The notes under the pieces were generated by a model that saw only the letters and a program-made list of their open reading frames with translations, was not told the origin of the DNA and ran no database searches. A DNA stretch of 63,825 nucleotides, counting the filler, from Choristocarpus tenellus KU-1152 (taxonomy: Eukaryota; Protista; Phaeophyceae): NCBI GenBank assembly GCA_964200185.2. It is 9 parts of 9 records of this genome, joined end to end, with 100 filler letters (N's around TTAATTAATTAA, not from the genome) between each part and the next. Parts side by side here need not be neighbours in the genome. Positions count along the whole stretch, not along the records: positions 34,107 to 48,881 come from CAXNAD020001115.1; positions 48,982 to 52,459 come from CAXNAD020019764.1; 7 more parts are not named here. The stretch is one strand, 5' to 3'. Shown here one piece after another: positions 40,029 through 50,992 of the stretch (position 1 is the stretch's first letter; each line of letters starts with the position of its first letter). A program made the position numbers and the translations under genes.

Positions 40029-42279
40029 GAAGCAATTAATCCCTGCATCCCACCAGTTCATACATTTATAGATGCATTGCTTCTGCACACCACTAGAAAT
40101 TGGAAGCCCACATAAAGGTGTGTTCAACATCTCCAACAGGTCATGAAAGCAAAACAGAGATAAGTGTATGTTAGGTATACAGTGAGGGAATGAGGCAAAC
40201 CGAAGTTGAAGGATCAGTATTGTTGTTTTGAAGTAGGTGCTGCTGGTTTCGAATTATTCACACAGACAACGAACGCAAATTCATGTAGTAGTTGTATTGT
40301 GAAGAATTTAATTTGGCTCAAGAGTTTACAAGGTTGAGTGTTTGAATAATCAGGTGGAAATGAGGTTAGACAACTTGATCGAGTGAAGGTATGGTGCCTT
40401 GCTTCTGTATCGCGCACCAGTTACACAGATAGATCCTGTTGGTGTCTACGATAATATTATCTACAGGAGCTCTAGATACTGCAGGTTTGTCAGGAACGGA
40501 GCAGGTGACTAGTCCAGTGTTCTCATAAGACTTTGGAGATTTTAAAGCCATCGCACTATGTTGTCTCGTAGTACAAGGATACAATATAGCCTTTTGTATT
40601 ATCCCATAATGTGTGTTACGTTAGAATTGCAACATACACGTGTTATTATGTTATGGACCAATTGGTACGAGCATTATTACACAAAAGTAGTGTTGTGTGT
40701 GTTTTGGTCTAGAGTGTAATGGACACAACGCAGAGTTGTGTATGTTTTGGACTGGAGTATTACAGGCACAACTTAGCGTCGCATATGCTTTCGTCGTCAG
40801 TGTTACGGCCATAACAGTCATAAGTGTTAAGTTGTCCAAGGTGTGTGTGTGTGAAAAATATGGAAATACTCACCAACACGGGCTCTATACACCTGCGCTT
40901 TCATCTCTCATGTGACGTTGACTTAGGGAAGATATTGGAAGACCTTGAGATGAAGGCTGGTGAGCTCTTGACCAATAACAGGATCGGTAGGGCTAAGAAA
41001 TGAATACAACTGAAAGGGCAAGGAGGATGTAGTTGAGGCCTTGGACGTCAGGGATGATGGGCTAATGAAAGTAGTTTGTGTTACAAGCACTGCGAGTGGC
41101 ACCCTTTTTTCCTTGATTCAGGGGCAAAGTCAACAGAGTGGATTAGGTTGACCCTGCTCATTCCTGCACAAGGCAAGAAGGGAATTTCGAGTTCTTTTGC
41201 TTTGAGATCTTCGATGCAGACAAATATATGATATATTTCGACCAGTGATGGGTGCTGTAATATGTGGATATGTTTTCCGTATAAGAAACGTTACATGGAT
41301 AAAACCCCATACCTTTACCTGAGCGAATAAGTCAACTCATAATAAATATATAGGTCAAAATTTTCGTTTAAATGTAGTGGGGGTTTTCCTTTATTTGTCC
41401 ACTTTAACCCTTCCTTGCCGTGTCAAAAACAAGGAAACTTGTCTTGAAGTAGTCTTTCAGCAATAACGTAATGGATGGTGTGTTGACAAAGGGCCGCCTT
41501 AAAAGGAGCCATTTACTGTAATAATTAATCTCGTATATGTGTTTTTATTTCTATGCCCTCTAACATTTTGAAGATGTGTCTGATGAAACACCAATGAAAA
41601 ACATTCAAATGTCAGAACCCAAAAAAAGTAACAGATTTCGTAAATGTCCAAGACATTTTTCCTATTTTACTACGAACGATGCTACACCCTCCTGAGCCTC
41701 CAACCTAGCTTAGTCCTGCACCCCAAGGTGAGGAGCTAGGGAAGCATCCCAAGAATCTAACAAGCCCCTCCTTGCCCATCTCGTGTCTCCAGCTTAGAAC
41801 GCATGACACGTCTAGATAGAGTTACTTGTGTTGTGAGAGATACATACATGTACTACAAGTCGGTTTCAGAATAATAAGACCCAACACAGTTCTAGAAGTG
41901 AACTTCACAAATATCCATGTTCATCTCTCATTCACTTCTCTCTGCCCACTCTCCACCAACAAATTCAATCTCGATACCCAGTACTGTCGATCACGGAGTT
42001 TCAATTTACCACACACGACTACTCCATACACATTGCTACCACAGCAAGATAAGGTCAACCACCAATTTGTTATGGATAGGTTGAAGGTATTCTGTGGGGG
42101 AATCGAAGCGACAAGTAGAGGAGTTTTTGCCTTGCTTTTCTTCTGTTGGATCTTCTCAGAAACGGAGTCGGCCACTTTTGCAATGCTTCTACAAGTTAAG
42201 ATTTCTATCTCTGTTTTTTTCAATTTAGATATTACTCTACAATCTTCAAAGTGTCTTTTGAAGGCGACTGCAACGTACT

Positions 42280-45200
42280 ATGATGAGCAAAAGGACGGGT
42301 GCATGGAAAGCATCGAGGAGTCATGAAGACGATCCTGTTATAGCCCCTTCATCACCAGGTGCAAGCAGGATCGAGGAAGACAGAGAGGGAACAGCGTCCG
42401 ATGATGAAGAATCGTACGCATACAGTCAAGACTTCGAGTTTTCTCCATCAAGGTCGCGAAATTCGCGATCATCATCACCGTCTGTGTGTCGAGGAATTAC
42501 CGACGAAGGATGTTTTGCAGAGGGGGACTACAATGCCTCTGGAGTGTTGCTGTGTCGCTCAGAAAGCAATGCAGAAAGAGCTGACATCGAAGCTTCCTCC
42601 GAGAAGGAGTTTGAGACGGTCCTCAAGACTCAATCTCCGACGACAGATGCTCAAGAAAAACCTATGCCATGGTCACCTGGGACTGTTAAGAAGGACTTGA
42701 CACCAAAGCAGGTCAAGCGAAGCCCGAGTGTTCTTGCTTACATGTTGGGGTGTGTGCTTTTGTCGCGACAAAACGCAGGGCTGCGCTCTGGTACGGGGGT
42801 GTTGTGGTTGTCAAGGGCAAAAACAGTTGTTCACCACTGTCCCAACGTCCATAGGTGTACCTGGAGCATCGGCGCAAGGTTGCAGAAGTACGGGAAAAGG
42901 CTTTGACCTTAGCAAAAAGAAGGCAAGAAATATAGCTTTGGAAGATTTACTATTGCCAACTGCATAAGGTTTTGCTAAGGCACTTGGCTTCTTGAGAAGT
43001 ACTGGCAAATTAGACCATGCCCCTCCCTCTAAACCTGTCGCTTCTTTCGGTGCATCGCCTTGTATCAATGAACAAGTAGGAATCGCAAGGAGCACCAATT
43101 GCTTTTGCACGCTCAAGAGACACTAGCTTCCTGGGAGTTGCGGATACACCAGCACCCCACCGTGCAACAGTGGCATCACAGTGTAGCACACAAGACGGCA
43201 GAGAGTATCGTGGCCATGGCACTCAACAGGTTAATATATCATCAGATTAATATCTAATACAAATATTATTGATCCCCCGATCGAAAGTGATGGAGTTAAG
43301 CTATTTGACATGTCTTCCACAGCACAATATCGAAGTTTGGAACTATAAAGTGTTTCTACATGGCTGGAAAAATAGTAATGTACTTGCGACTGCAATGTAT
43401 GTTGGGCTAATGCCTTCAGGGAGGTGTGGGGCATAGGTTTGGCAAGAGCTAAGGCTGATGCAGAGGCCAGAGATCGTACATTCTTGTCTGCGTACAAAGC
43501 CCTCATGGATGAGGTTGGCCAATACAAGGAGACGGCTGCAGCTGCTAGGCATGTTCAGATTGCAGAGGCATCTGCTTCTTGTACCACTGTCTGGGATGCC
43601 TCAAGGATTGCAGTACCAATAAACAAGCTGAGGCATCTTATGGCCGAAAAAATAAAACAAACATGGTGAGGGGATGAGGAGTGCTTTATAGTTTTTGAAC
43701 ACATATTCTAAAATGTGAGCATGGACCAATTTGGTCTGTGCATGAATATGTGAAACAAATTTACTTCAATCCCTCAGAAAACCACCATATTCATAGATTG
43801 ACTATCTCCTTAAAAAGGAGCAAACCACTCGTTTGTTGAGAGGAAAATTCAATTGCCCTTGCTCTTCAACTCCAACCTCAAACAATGAGTCTGATCATGT
43901 ACTATTTCTGATGTGGTAAGCCTATTCTCTTCTTCTGCTCGTGAATCTTGCCTAGGAGTTCAAGGTCAATAGAGGCCTATCCATTGTTCCTCATACCTTG
44001 GGTTGTGGCTCAAAGTGTCTGCTGGGGAGGGGGGGTTGCGACTGTCCATTTGGGGCCCATTTTCCATGTCGCGATTTTTGTGTGATTTATTTGCATGCAT
44101 CAGATGGATAATGTAAGTGCACTTCTCCTGGTCAGCGCCTGAATGGACACCTTGGTGTAGACCCCCTCCCCCCATATTCTTTGAGCCTGTACAACACGGT
44201 CTCTTGCTCTGTGCTATATATATAAATATACAACCGTTTATTTTTTAAACTGTGCACATGCTGGCAACCCTTCTTATTCCAAGGCTAGGAAGATGCTGTG
44301 TTGTACTCATGGCTTGTAATTTATTGTTGTCCATGCATACATGCCAGTCAATAGTAAAACTTCACCACTGAGCCACCTCAACTCCTTTTGAGCAAAGGCA
44401 ACAGGGTGTCTTTCACACTCCACAATCCAATAAAAGAGAGGTAGACTTACCTTAATTTATTTTCATTTCACTTGAGCTTTTTCTTATGGCCTCCATTTCC
44501 ACTTTCAGACCAGATGCATTCAAACTGCCAGAGGAGTTTGGAAAACATCACAGTGCTTGACCAATCACATACTAGAAGCTTATACATCTTGGAATAATGT
44601 TCCCCATATGTTTCAGGCTCAAGAATCCATCAGAGCCCTTTGAACAACTTTGTCGACAAACAGAAGGAGTTATCGTTGAAAGTCGCCATCCCTACCCAAA
44701 GGTATGATATGTTTTGGGCAAAGGTTGTGCAGGATGGTTGTCTCAAGTACATACATCACATCTCTACTGACACCAACCTCTCCCTGACGGACAACACGAC
44801 TGTTCCTCACAACAGAGTCCTCTTGACGATATTCCGCACATACCCTCTTTTCCTCAATTTTGAGGTGGAGAAGGACAAAGAGTTAGGACAAAAAATTCAG
44901 GGAAGACATTTGTCCCAAAAGAGACAAATTAATTCCATGTTCTGCCCATTCACTTTTGACACTGCCTCTATCAAATGTTTCCTAAGCTTTTCTTTGTAGA
45001 GCTAATGTTGGAATGTCAACTAAACCGTTTTGTTCCTTTCCCATGTATTAAGTCTTTTTGTCAGAGGATAATTTTGTTTGTAGAATCGTGTGGATTTGCC
45101 CAAGTCAAAATATCTTAGATCTTAGAGGGTAGAGCCGTGTCCGTTTGGGGGTCAAAATCCAATGTTGCGATTTTGATGTAATTTTGGCTGTCGTGTTTGT

Positions 45201-47085
45201 TAGGAGGTGTCAATATCCTTTTTCCGGACACACCTTTTCATAATGTATATATTTTACCTACTCCGAAACATTTCAGAGTAGAAAAATGTCATTTTAAAAA
45301 AACGTGGGAAGCCAAGCTCCAAACGGACAAACAGGGCAAGACTCGTACCCTCTAAGATACTTTCACCCTCTAACATCCAATCCAATATGAATCCCTAGCC
45401 GTTAGGAATTGAAATGTCTCTTTTCCACTCTTAGCAGAAAAAACAGGTTACTGACGCATGAAATTTGTGTTGCTAGGCATGAGCCTATCTGAGAGATTCG
45501 TGTCCAAGAAGAACATTCATGTTCAGTGGTGAGCTCCTGGAGGAGTTGAGCTCGATCTTGCATGCCAAACAGGGGCAGCCCTTCAAACATAGAATGTCAG
45601 CATACAAGAGAGTCGATCCCTTCCAGCACAGGCTAGATAATCAACTGTTGACATGGGAAAATGATTTATTCGTTTGGTTGCCATCCAAATCCTCATCCTA
45701 GCCTTGCTCATTACCTGCAGGGCAAGAGGATGGAGGTGGAAGCCTCGATCCCCGGTGCAAAGGGTCTCTATGTAGCCTTTGACGCTGCATCAAACTCAAC
45801 CGCTGGAGATGGGAAAGTGTCAATCCAGAAGCCACGAGGAGGAAACCCTGCCGTTTTTGCACCGAGGTGTTTGGAAGAGTGGGTTTAAGAGTGGGTTTAA
45901 GGCAACCCAATACTTGTTGCACGTGCTAGTCAGGAATTGGACACAAAGGGTGATTGTGCTCTTCAAATTTCTTGATATATATATATATACATAATCCTGA
46001 TGTTGTCCTCTTCAACCTGCAATGCGATGTAGCAAATGTATGACAACTGTATCAAGTGAATGTGGGGGGTGCTTGCAATCATGTTGTGATGGAGGTCATG
46101 ATTGAAGCTAGGAGTGAAAGTATCTTCGAGGGTACGAGTTTTTCCCTGTTTGTCCATTTGGGGCTTGGCTTCTGTCGAGGTTCTTATGACATTTTCCTAC
46201 TCCAAAAAATTTCAGAGTAGGTAAAATGTATGTGTTATGAAAAGTTGTGTCCGAAGCATAGATGTTGACACTTCCTAACAAACACGATAGACAAAGTTAC
46301 ATCAAAATCGCAACATTGGATTTTGGCCCCCAAATGGACGCGGCTCTACCCTCTAAGATACTTTGACTCTAGGTATCAGTAACATTCAGGGACTGCTCTT
46401 TGTGTTACTCATGAAATGAATAATTTTACGTATGAGTTAAGTTTAGCCCTGAAAAAGAAACGACCGAAATATCTCCGTACTGATTAGGGTTTGAATTATT
46501 CTGAAAGGCTTCTGGTCTAATGGAGACCTTACTGTGTTCATGCTCCAGATCTGTGCGCTGGGTGCTCTCTCTCACACAACCAACTGCCTGGAAATGTTTT
46601 GCCTATACTTTACAATTGCTCGCAGGTTGCCCCACAAGCTCTCTTACCATGCATACCTTCCCCCCCTATCAACACAGGCAAGTAATGCATTGCTGCAGCC
46701 AGGTATAATGAAGAAGAAAAGCACGCTCCAAAGTAAAATCGTAGTAGGGTATTATTGAAATGTATTTTGTAGGCAAGTATGTGAATCTGGTATTTCTTTG
46801 AAACTTTTTCTTCTTCTCGGTGTATGAGGAATACAGGGGGGCCTACAGCACTCCATCAGAAAGCCTTCCTGGTGTAGGAGGAGAACCTCCCCTGTACTTG
46901 GACGGGGACTCCGTGAATGTATCTTTCTCCGCCAACCACTGGGCTGGAACGGCTCCCGCTGGAACAGACTTTGGGTGGCGCCTGGTGTGCTTTGTGTCGG
47001 AGATTGAGCCTGGGGCCAGGGTAGTGGAGGAGGCCACTATGGCTGCCAATCGAGCGGAGGCTGTGAATGCCAGGAATACTCTTGG
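42280..47085 (+). CDS. 5' seven exons of a large protein with an acidic N-terminus, a helical region and a CUB-like beta domain; 3' end not found
   Basis: Exons 42280-42711, 42855-42922 (GC donor), 43080-43229, 43420-43665, 44617-44701, 45721-45866, 46837-47085, all phase-matched. Motif IVESRHPY...ASIPGAKGLYVAFD...LPGVGGEPPLYLDGDSVNVSF...FGWRL. Confidence 0.75.
44007..44187. mobile_element. MITE family B, intronic
   Basis: GGCTCAAAGTGTCTG...TTCTTTGAGCC, flanked by TGT/TGT. Confidence 0.82.
45102..45368. mobile_element. MITE family A, intronic, diverged ends
   Basis: AGTCAAAATATCTTAG...TACCCTCTAAGATACTTTCACCC; internal CCTACTCCGAAA..TTTCAGAGTAG hairpin. Confidence 0.8.
46112..46369. mobile_element. 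MITE family A, intronic
   Basis: GAGTGAAAGTATCTTCGAGGGTA...TACCCTCTAAGATACTTTGACTC, flanked by TAG/TAG. Confidence 0.88.
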
Positions 47086-47551
47086 GTGAGTATGGCACTT
47101 GTTGATGCAAGACATAAGTTTCCAGTGAGAGCACCGCCCATCCAATCTCGAGCTAACCACATCCATCATCGCTACTAGACCAAATCTCGCCCAACTCTGG
47201 TCCTTACTCTCAGCGACGAGTTGCTCAGCTCAAAAAGTAAATGATGTATCTCTAACCAACGATAACTCGTTTCTGGCAGTTACAAGGTTCTCTCACTGCT
47301 TCTAGCAACATTCAATTTTTTGGGGGAAAGAAAATAATACCCGTTGTTCTTACTGGTCTAGTCTTATACACAGTAAAATTATCATATATTCCATACTGCC
47401 TGTCTCTGTGGGACCCTAAATTGTCCGCCTGTCACCCATATTTGGGAGAGGACTTCCAGTGGTGGTATCGTATAGTAGGAACTAGAACCTGTGGAGAGCT
47501 TGACTACAATAGAGCTGGGTTCATGAGGCGGTCAATATGCAAGCAACTGTT

Positions 47552-47814
47552 GAGTCAAAGTATCTTAGGGTTAGGGTAGAGCTGCGTTCGTTTAGGGGCC
47601 AAAATCCAATGTTGCAATTTTGATGTAATTTTGGCTATCATGTTTGTTAGGAAGTTTCGATATCCTTGTTCGGACACACCTTTACATAACATACACATTT
47701 TACCTACTCCGAAATATTTCGGAGTAGGTAAAATGTAAAAAAAAAAATTGTGGGAAGCCAAGCCCCAAACAGACGAACAGGGAAAAACTTGTACCCTCTA
47801 AGATACTTTCACTC
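47552..47814. mobile_element. MITE family A
   Basis: GAGTCAAAGTATCTTAG...TACCCTCTAAGATACTTTCACTC; flanks TGTT/TGAT; perfect 42-bp palindrome at 47695-47736. Confidence 0.88.
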
Positions 47815-48160
47815 TGATTACAAACAGCAAGAGGAGCAGAAAGAAATTAAGTGTTCCCGTGTGTCACACACACTGGAAGTCAAATGACACTGCCACACAA
47901 ACATGAATACTTCAGTAAACCGGGAAGTACTTGAATGTATAAAAACATTGAGCTATGCAGATGATATATTACTCATCTAGAGAATACGCAGAGGACTGAA
48001 AAACCTTGACCTCTGCACCCTCCCAAAAGAAACACAACACCACCCTTAAATGCATAACTAAATGGGATTTCTCAGGCTACCCTTCCGTTACATCGATTGG
48101 TACTTGTGTTGCAGCGGTGCCATCTTACGAATTTGTCCAACAAAAATATGCTGAGTGTCA

Positions 48161-48418
48161 GAGCCAAAGTGTCTTCGAGGGTAGAGCGGCGTCAATTTGG
48201 GGGCCACAATCGAATGTTGCGATTTTGATGTAACTTTGGCTACATTTTTGTTAGGAAGTGTCTATATCCTAGTTCTGGGCATACTTTTTCGTAACATGCA
48301 CATCTTACCTACTCCGAAATATTTTGGAGTAGGAAAATTACAATAAAAAAACTGTGGGAAGTCAATTCCCAAACGGACAAACAGGGCAAAACTCGTACCC
48401 TCTAAGATGCTTCCACTC
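48161..48418. mobile_element. MITE family A
   Basis: GAGCCAAAGTGTCTTCGAGGGTA...TACCCTCTAAGATGCTTCCACTC; perfect 4-bp TSD GTCA/GTCA. Confidence 0.88.
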
Positions 48419-48545
48419 GTCACCTTGTAGTGACAAGTGTTCTTCTACTTGCATTCATCTATGCCCAAATTGGTGCCACATGCATATAGGAGAACTACAA
48501 GCATCATACAACAGCAAGAGGATAGCCAAGAATTTATATGACAAA

Positions 48546-48881
48546 GAGCCAAAGTAAGCAAGAGATACCCAGGTTTGCCCGTGTTGCATTTTAGGTCACG
48601 TTTTTCCCACACTCTTCTATTGGCTCTTCTTTCGAAGGTTGAAGTGCTAACATTGACGCGAGGCTCAAAGTATCTGGGGGGGGGGGTTGCGGTTGTCCAT
48701 TTGGGGCCAATTTTTTCATGTCACGATTTTTGAGTGATTTTGTTGCATACATCGGATAGAATAGTGTAAGTGCACTTTTCCGGTTATAGCCCAAATGGAT
48801 ACCCTCGTGTAGAGTCCCCCCCCCCCAGATACTTTGAGCCTTGAGAGCGTTAATATCTCTATAGTTTGAAAAAAACAACGG
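48546..48881. mobile_element. MITE family C copy interrupted by a nested family B MITE (48662-48840), truncated by the contig end
   Basis: Starts GAGCCAAAGTAAGCAAGAGATACCCAGG (reverse complement of the family C end). Family C sequence stops at 48661 and resumes at 48841 (TTGAGAGCGTTAATATCTCT) around GGCTCAAAGTATCTG...CAGATACTTTGAGCC. Confidence 0.75.
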
Positions 48882-48981
48882 NNNNNNNNNNNNNNNNNNN
48901 NNNNNNNNNNNNNNNNNNNNNNNNNTTAATTAATTAANNNNNNNNNNNNNNNNNNNNNNNNNNNNNNNNNNNNNNNNNNNN
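48882..48981. other. Artificial contig linker
   Basis: N44-TTAATTAATTAA-N44. Confidence 0.98.
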
Positions 48982-49350
48982 GCATTGGAATGGTCCACCT
49001 GAACGACTTTATCCCCCCGTGCATCCACATACCCCCCTCCCTCCCCCTGCTCCCCCTCCACTGCCAGGATTATGCACCTTCCATCACCTTCCAACTGTTG
49101 CAAGATTCAAGTAGGGTGGGGACCAGTAGGGGGCGGGAAGCATGCCCCAGTACACAGACTCAGCATATTTCAATGTTTACTTGTGCATCACATGATGAAG
49201 AACAGCCCCCCAAAAAACAACTCACCAGAGCTTCATATCTCCTACCCTTATCTTTACTTGATTGCAATGCCCTCCTCTCAACAAGGGGACTATAGCAAGT
49301 GAAACAGAATCCTCCTTAGTGATCCCTACAATATATCGTCTCTATCGCAC

Positions 49351-49995
49351 CTCGATCATAGTGCCCTCTTGATGGTTGTACTCCCTTGCGATGGCGGCGG
49401 CCTCCTTTTCACCCACTAGTCCTTCGGGAAGGAGTTTACGGACATCTGTTCACTCGCCAAACGTGTTGTGCACGAGGGGATGAAGTCACGATGAAATGTT
49501 GGCTACAGACGGCTTGTGCAGTGAAATGGTATTCGTGCATATATTGATCGTTTAGAGTGCTTGTTGGAGTGGTTTCTTGAGTCTTGTAAACTCTATAGAT
49601 ATTGAAAAGTGCGGTAGTGACCTCGAAGAGTGAGGGAGGTCGTGCCTCGAACAAGGAAGGGAAACGACTAATTGAAGCAGGTTCAGTGTAGGTTCTTCGT
49701 TAAGTTGCGTGCATCTTTAGCAACCGATGCGAGGGAGACGTGCGAGAGGACCCGAACAGGTCATGTATTAGTGAATTTCCACAATTAGCATTAGGTCGTG
49801 CATGGTGCAAACTTAGAGCGAGGGGGTAGCGGCGGGGATGGGGGCGACGCAGTCATGTGTGACTCTCTTGCCTGCCAAGACGTCCAGGAACTGCCCTGGA
49901 GGGCTGCTGAGGAGCATGTTCCTGGCGATCTCCATTTTTTCTTCGTCACCTACAGGCCCCATCTCGTCCTCATACTCTCCTGCAAAATCCGCCAT
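49351..49995 (-). CDS. CAPZA: F-actin capping protein alpha subunit, first two exons (3' end off contig)
   Basis: Exon 49995-49872 ...DEEKMEIARNMLLSSPPGQFLDVLA ends G|gcaaga (GC donor); exon 49445-49351 DVRKLLPEGLVGEKEAAAIAREYN. Matches the CP-alpha N-terminal signature EK..IA..F...PPGE...V..DVR.LL...YN. Confidence 0.9.
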
Positions 49996-50992
49996 ACTAC
50001 TAGAGTCGAGGGAACGGAATGGGGGGTCCATCAACGTGGTTGGGGCTGCGGTATGAACTGGGTCGTAGATGGGCTTGGGGGGTGGGTTCAATTGTCAATC
50101 ATAGGAGTCAGTGATGAGCTGTGATGAAGTGGATATCCCCCAGAAGGAGAAGGGCAGGAAGAAACACAGAACCAATATGCGTTGGCAACGCATGTGCAGG
50201 TGGAGGCAAGGTGGAGCGCCAAGAACGCAACGCAAGAGGAATCGCAGAAGCAGTTCAGTGAGAAAATCACGGAAGAAAGGTGATAATGCAAAGATCAAGT
50301 AAGAGCTGGTGTTTACACAGCAAGGGCAATGGAGCCCATATGACACACTAGGGAAGTCATGGGCATCAGTGTCTGGATACATTCCTCGATTTGTCCACAG
50401 CTTTGAGGATGTGCCCACAGTAGAGGTGACCAAGAGCAAGCAAATCGATGCCCTTTCCCACACACCCCCACCATCCAATTCCAGAGCTGGGTACACCCCG
50501 GGGCTATCTCACCTCTCCTACCTACAATATTGTGCAGGGTCGTCGTCTAAACGTCTAATCGTAGTGATGATCCGTTCCAATCTTTCCGGTGGTTCAATGG
50601 CAAGTTCTATATTTCTTGGTAGGAGTTGAAAATTGTTGATATCTTTTTTGGTTTTATCAAGTCGAATGAATATGTCTACATGCCAACAATTAACTGAGTT
50701 GGGGTAACCAAAGAAGACACCATCAAGATACCGATTACGGAATCGCCCACATCATCGAGTTGGTTGACGTATTTGGGCGTGATACAGTGCATTATTAGAA
50801 ACGGTGGTGACTGAGGAAGTGCTCGGAACGGAAGACTTGTTTGCTGAGATAAACGATTGGATTCTTTCAGGCAAAGGAGGGTCTACATAGTGATAAGTTT
50901 TTAGGGGATGCTGGAGGGCTCCACCAGAGTCACAACGTAATTTAGCAATTTGGGGAGCTATCAGGGAAATCTGCCACTACTGAGGTGCAGAC
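49996..50992. promoter_or_regulatory. Putative bidirectional promoter and 5' UTRs between the capping protein alpha and beta genes
   Basis: 997 bp between divergent ATGs (49995 on -, 50993 on +), with no credible CDS in between. Confidence 0.55.

Noticed and set aside
50111-50302. Arg/Lys-rich 63-aa ORF between the capping-protein genes
   Set aside because: It has a GTG start and is simply the antisense of a pyrimidine-rich leader/intron region of CP-alpha; there is no splice or motif support.
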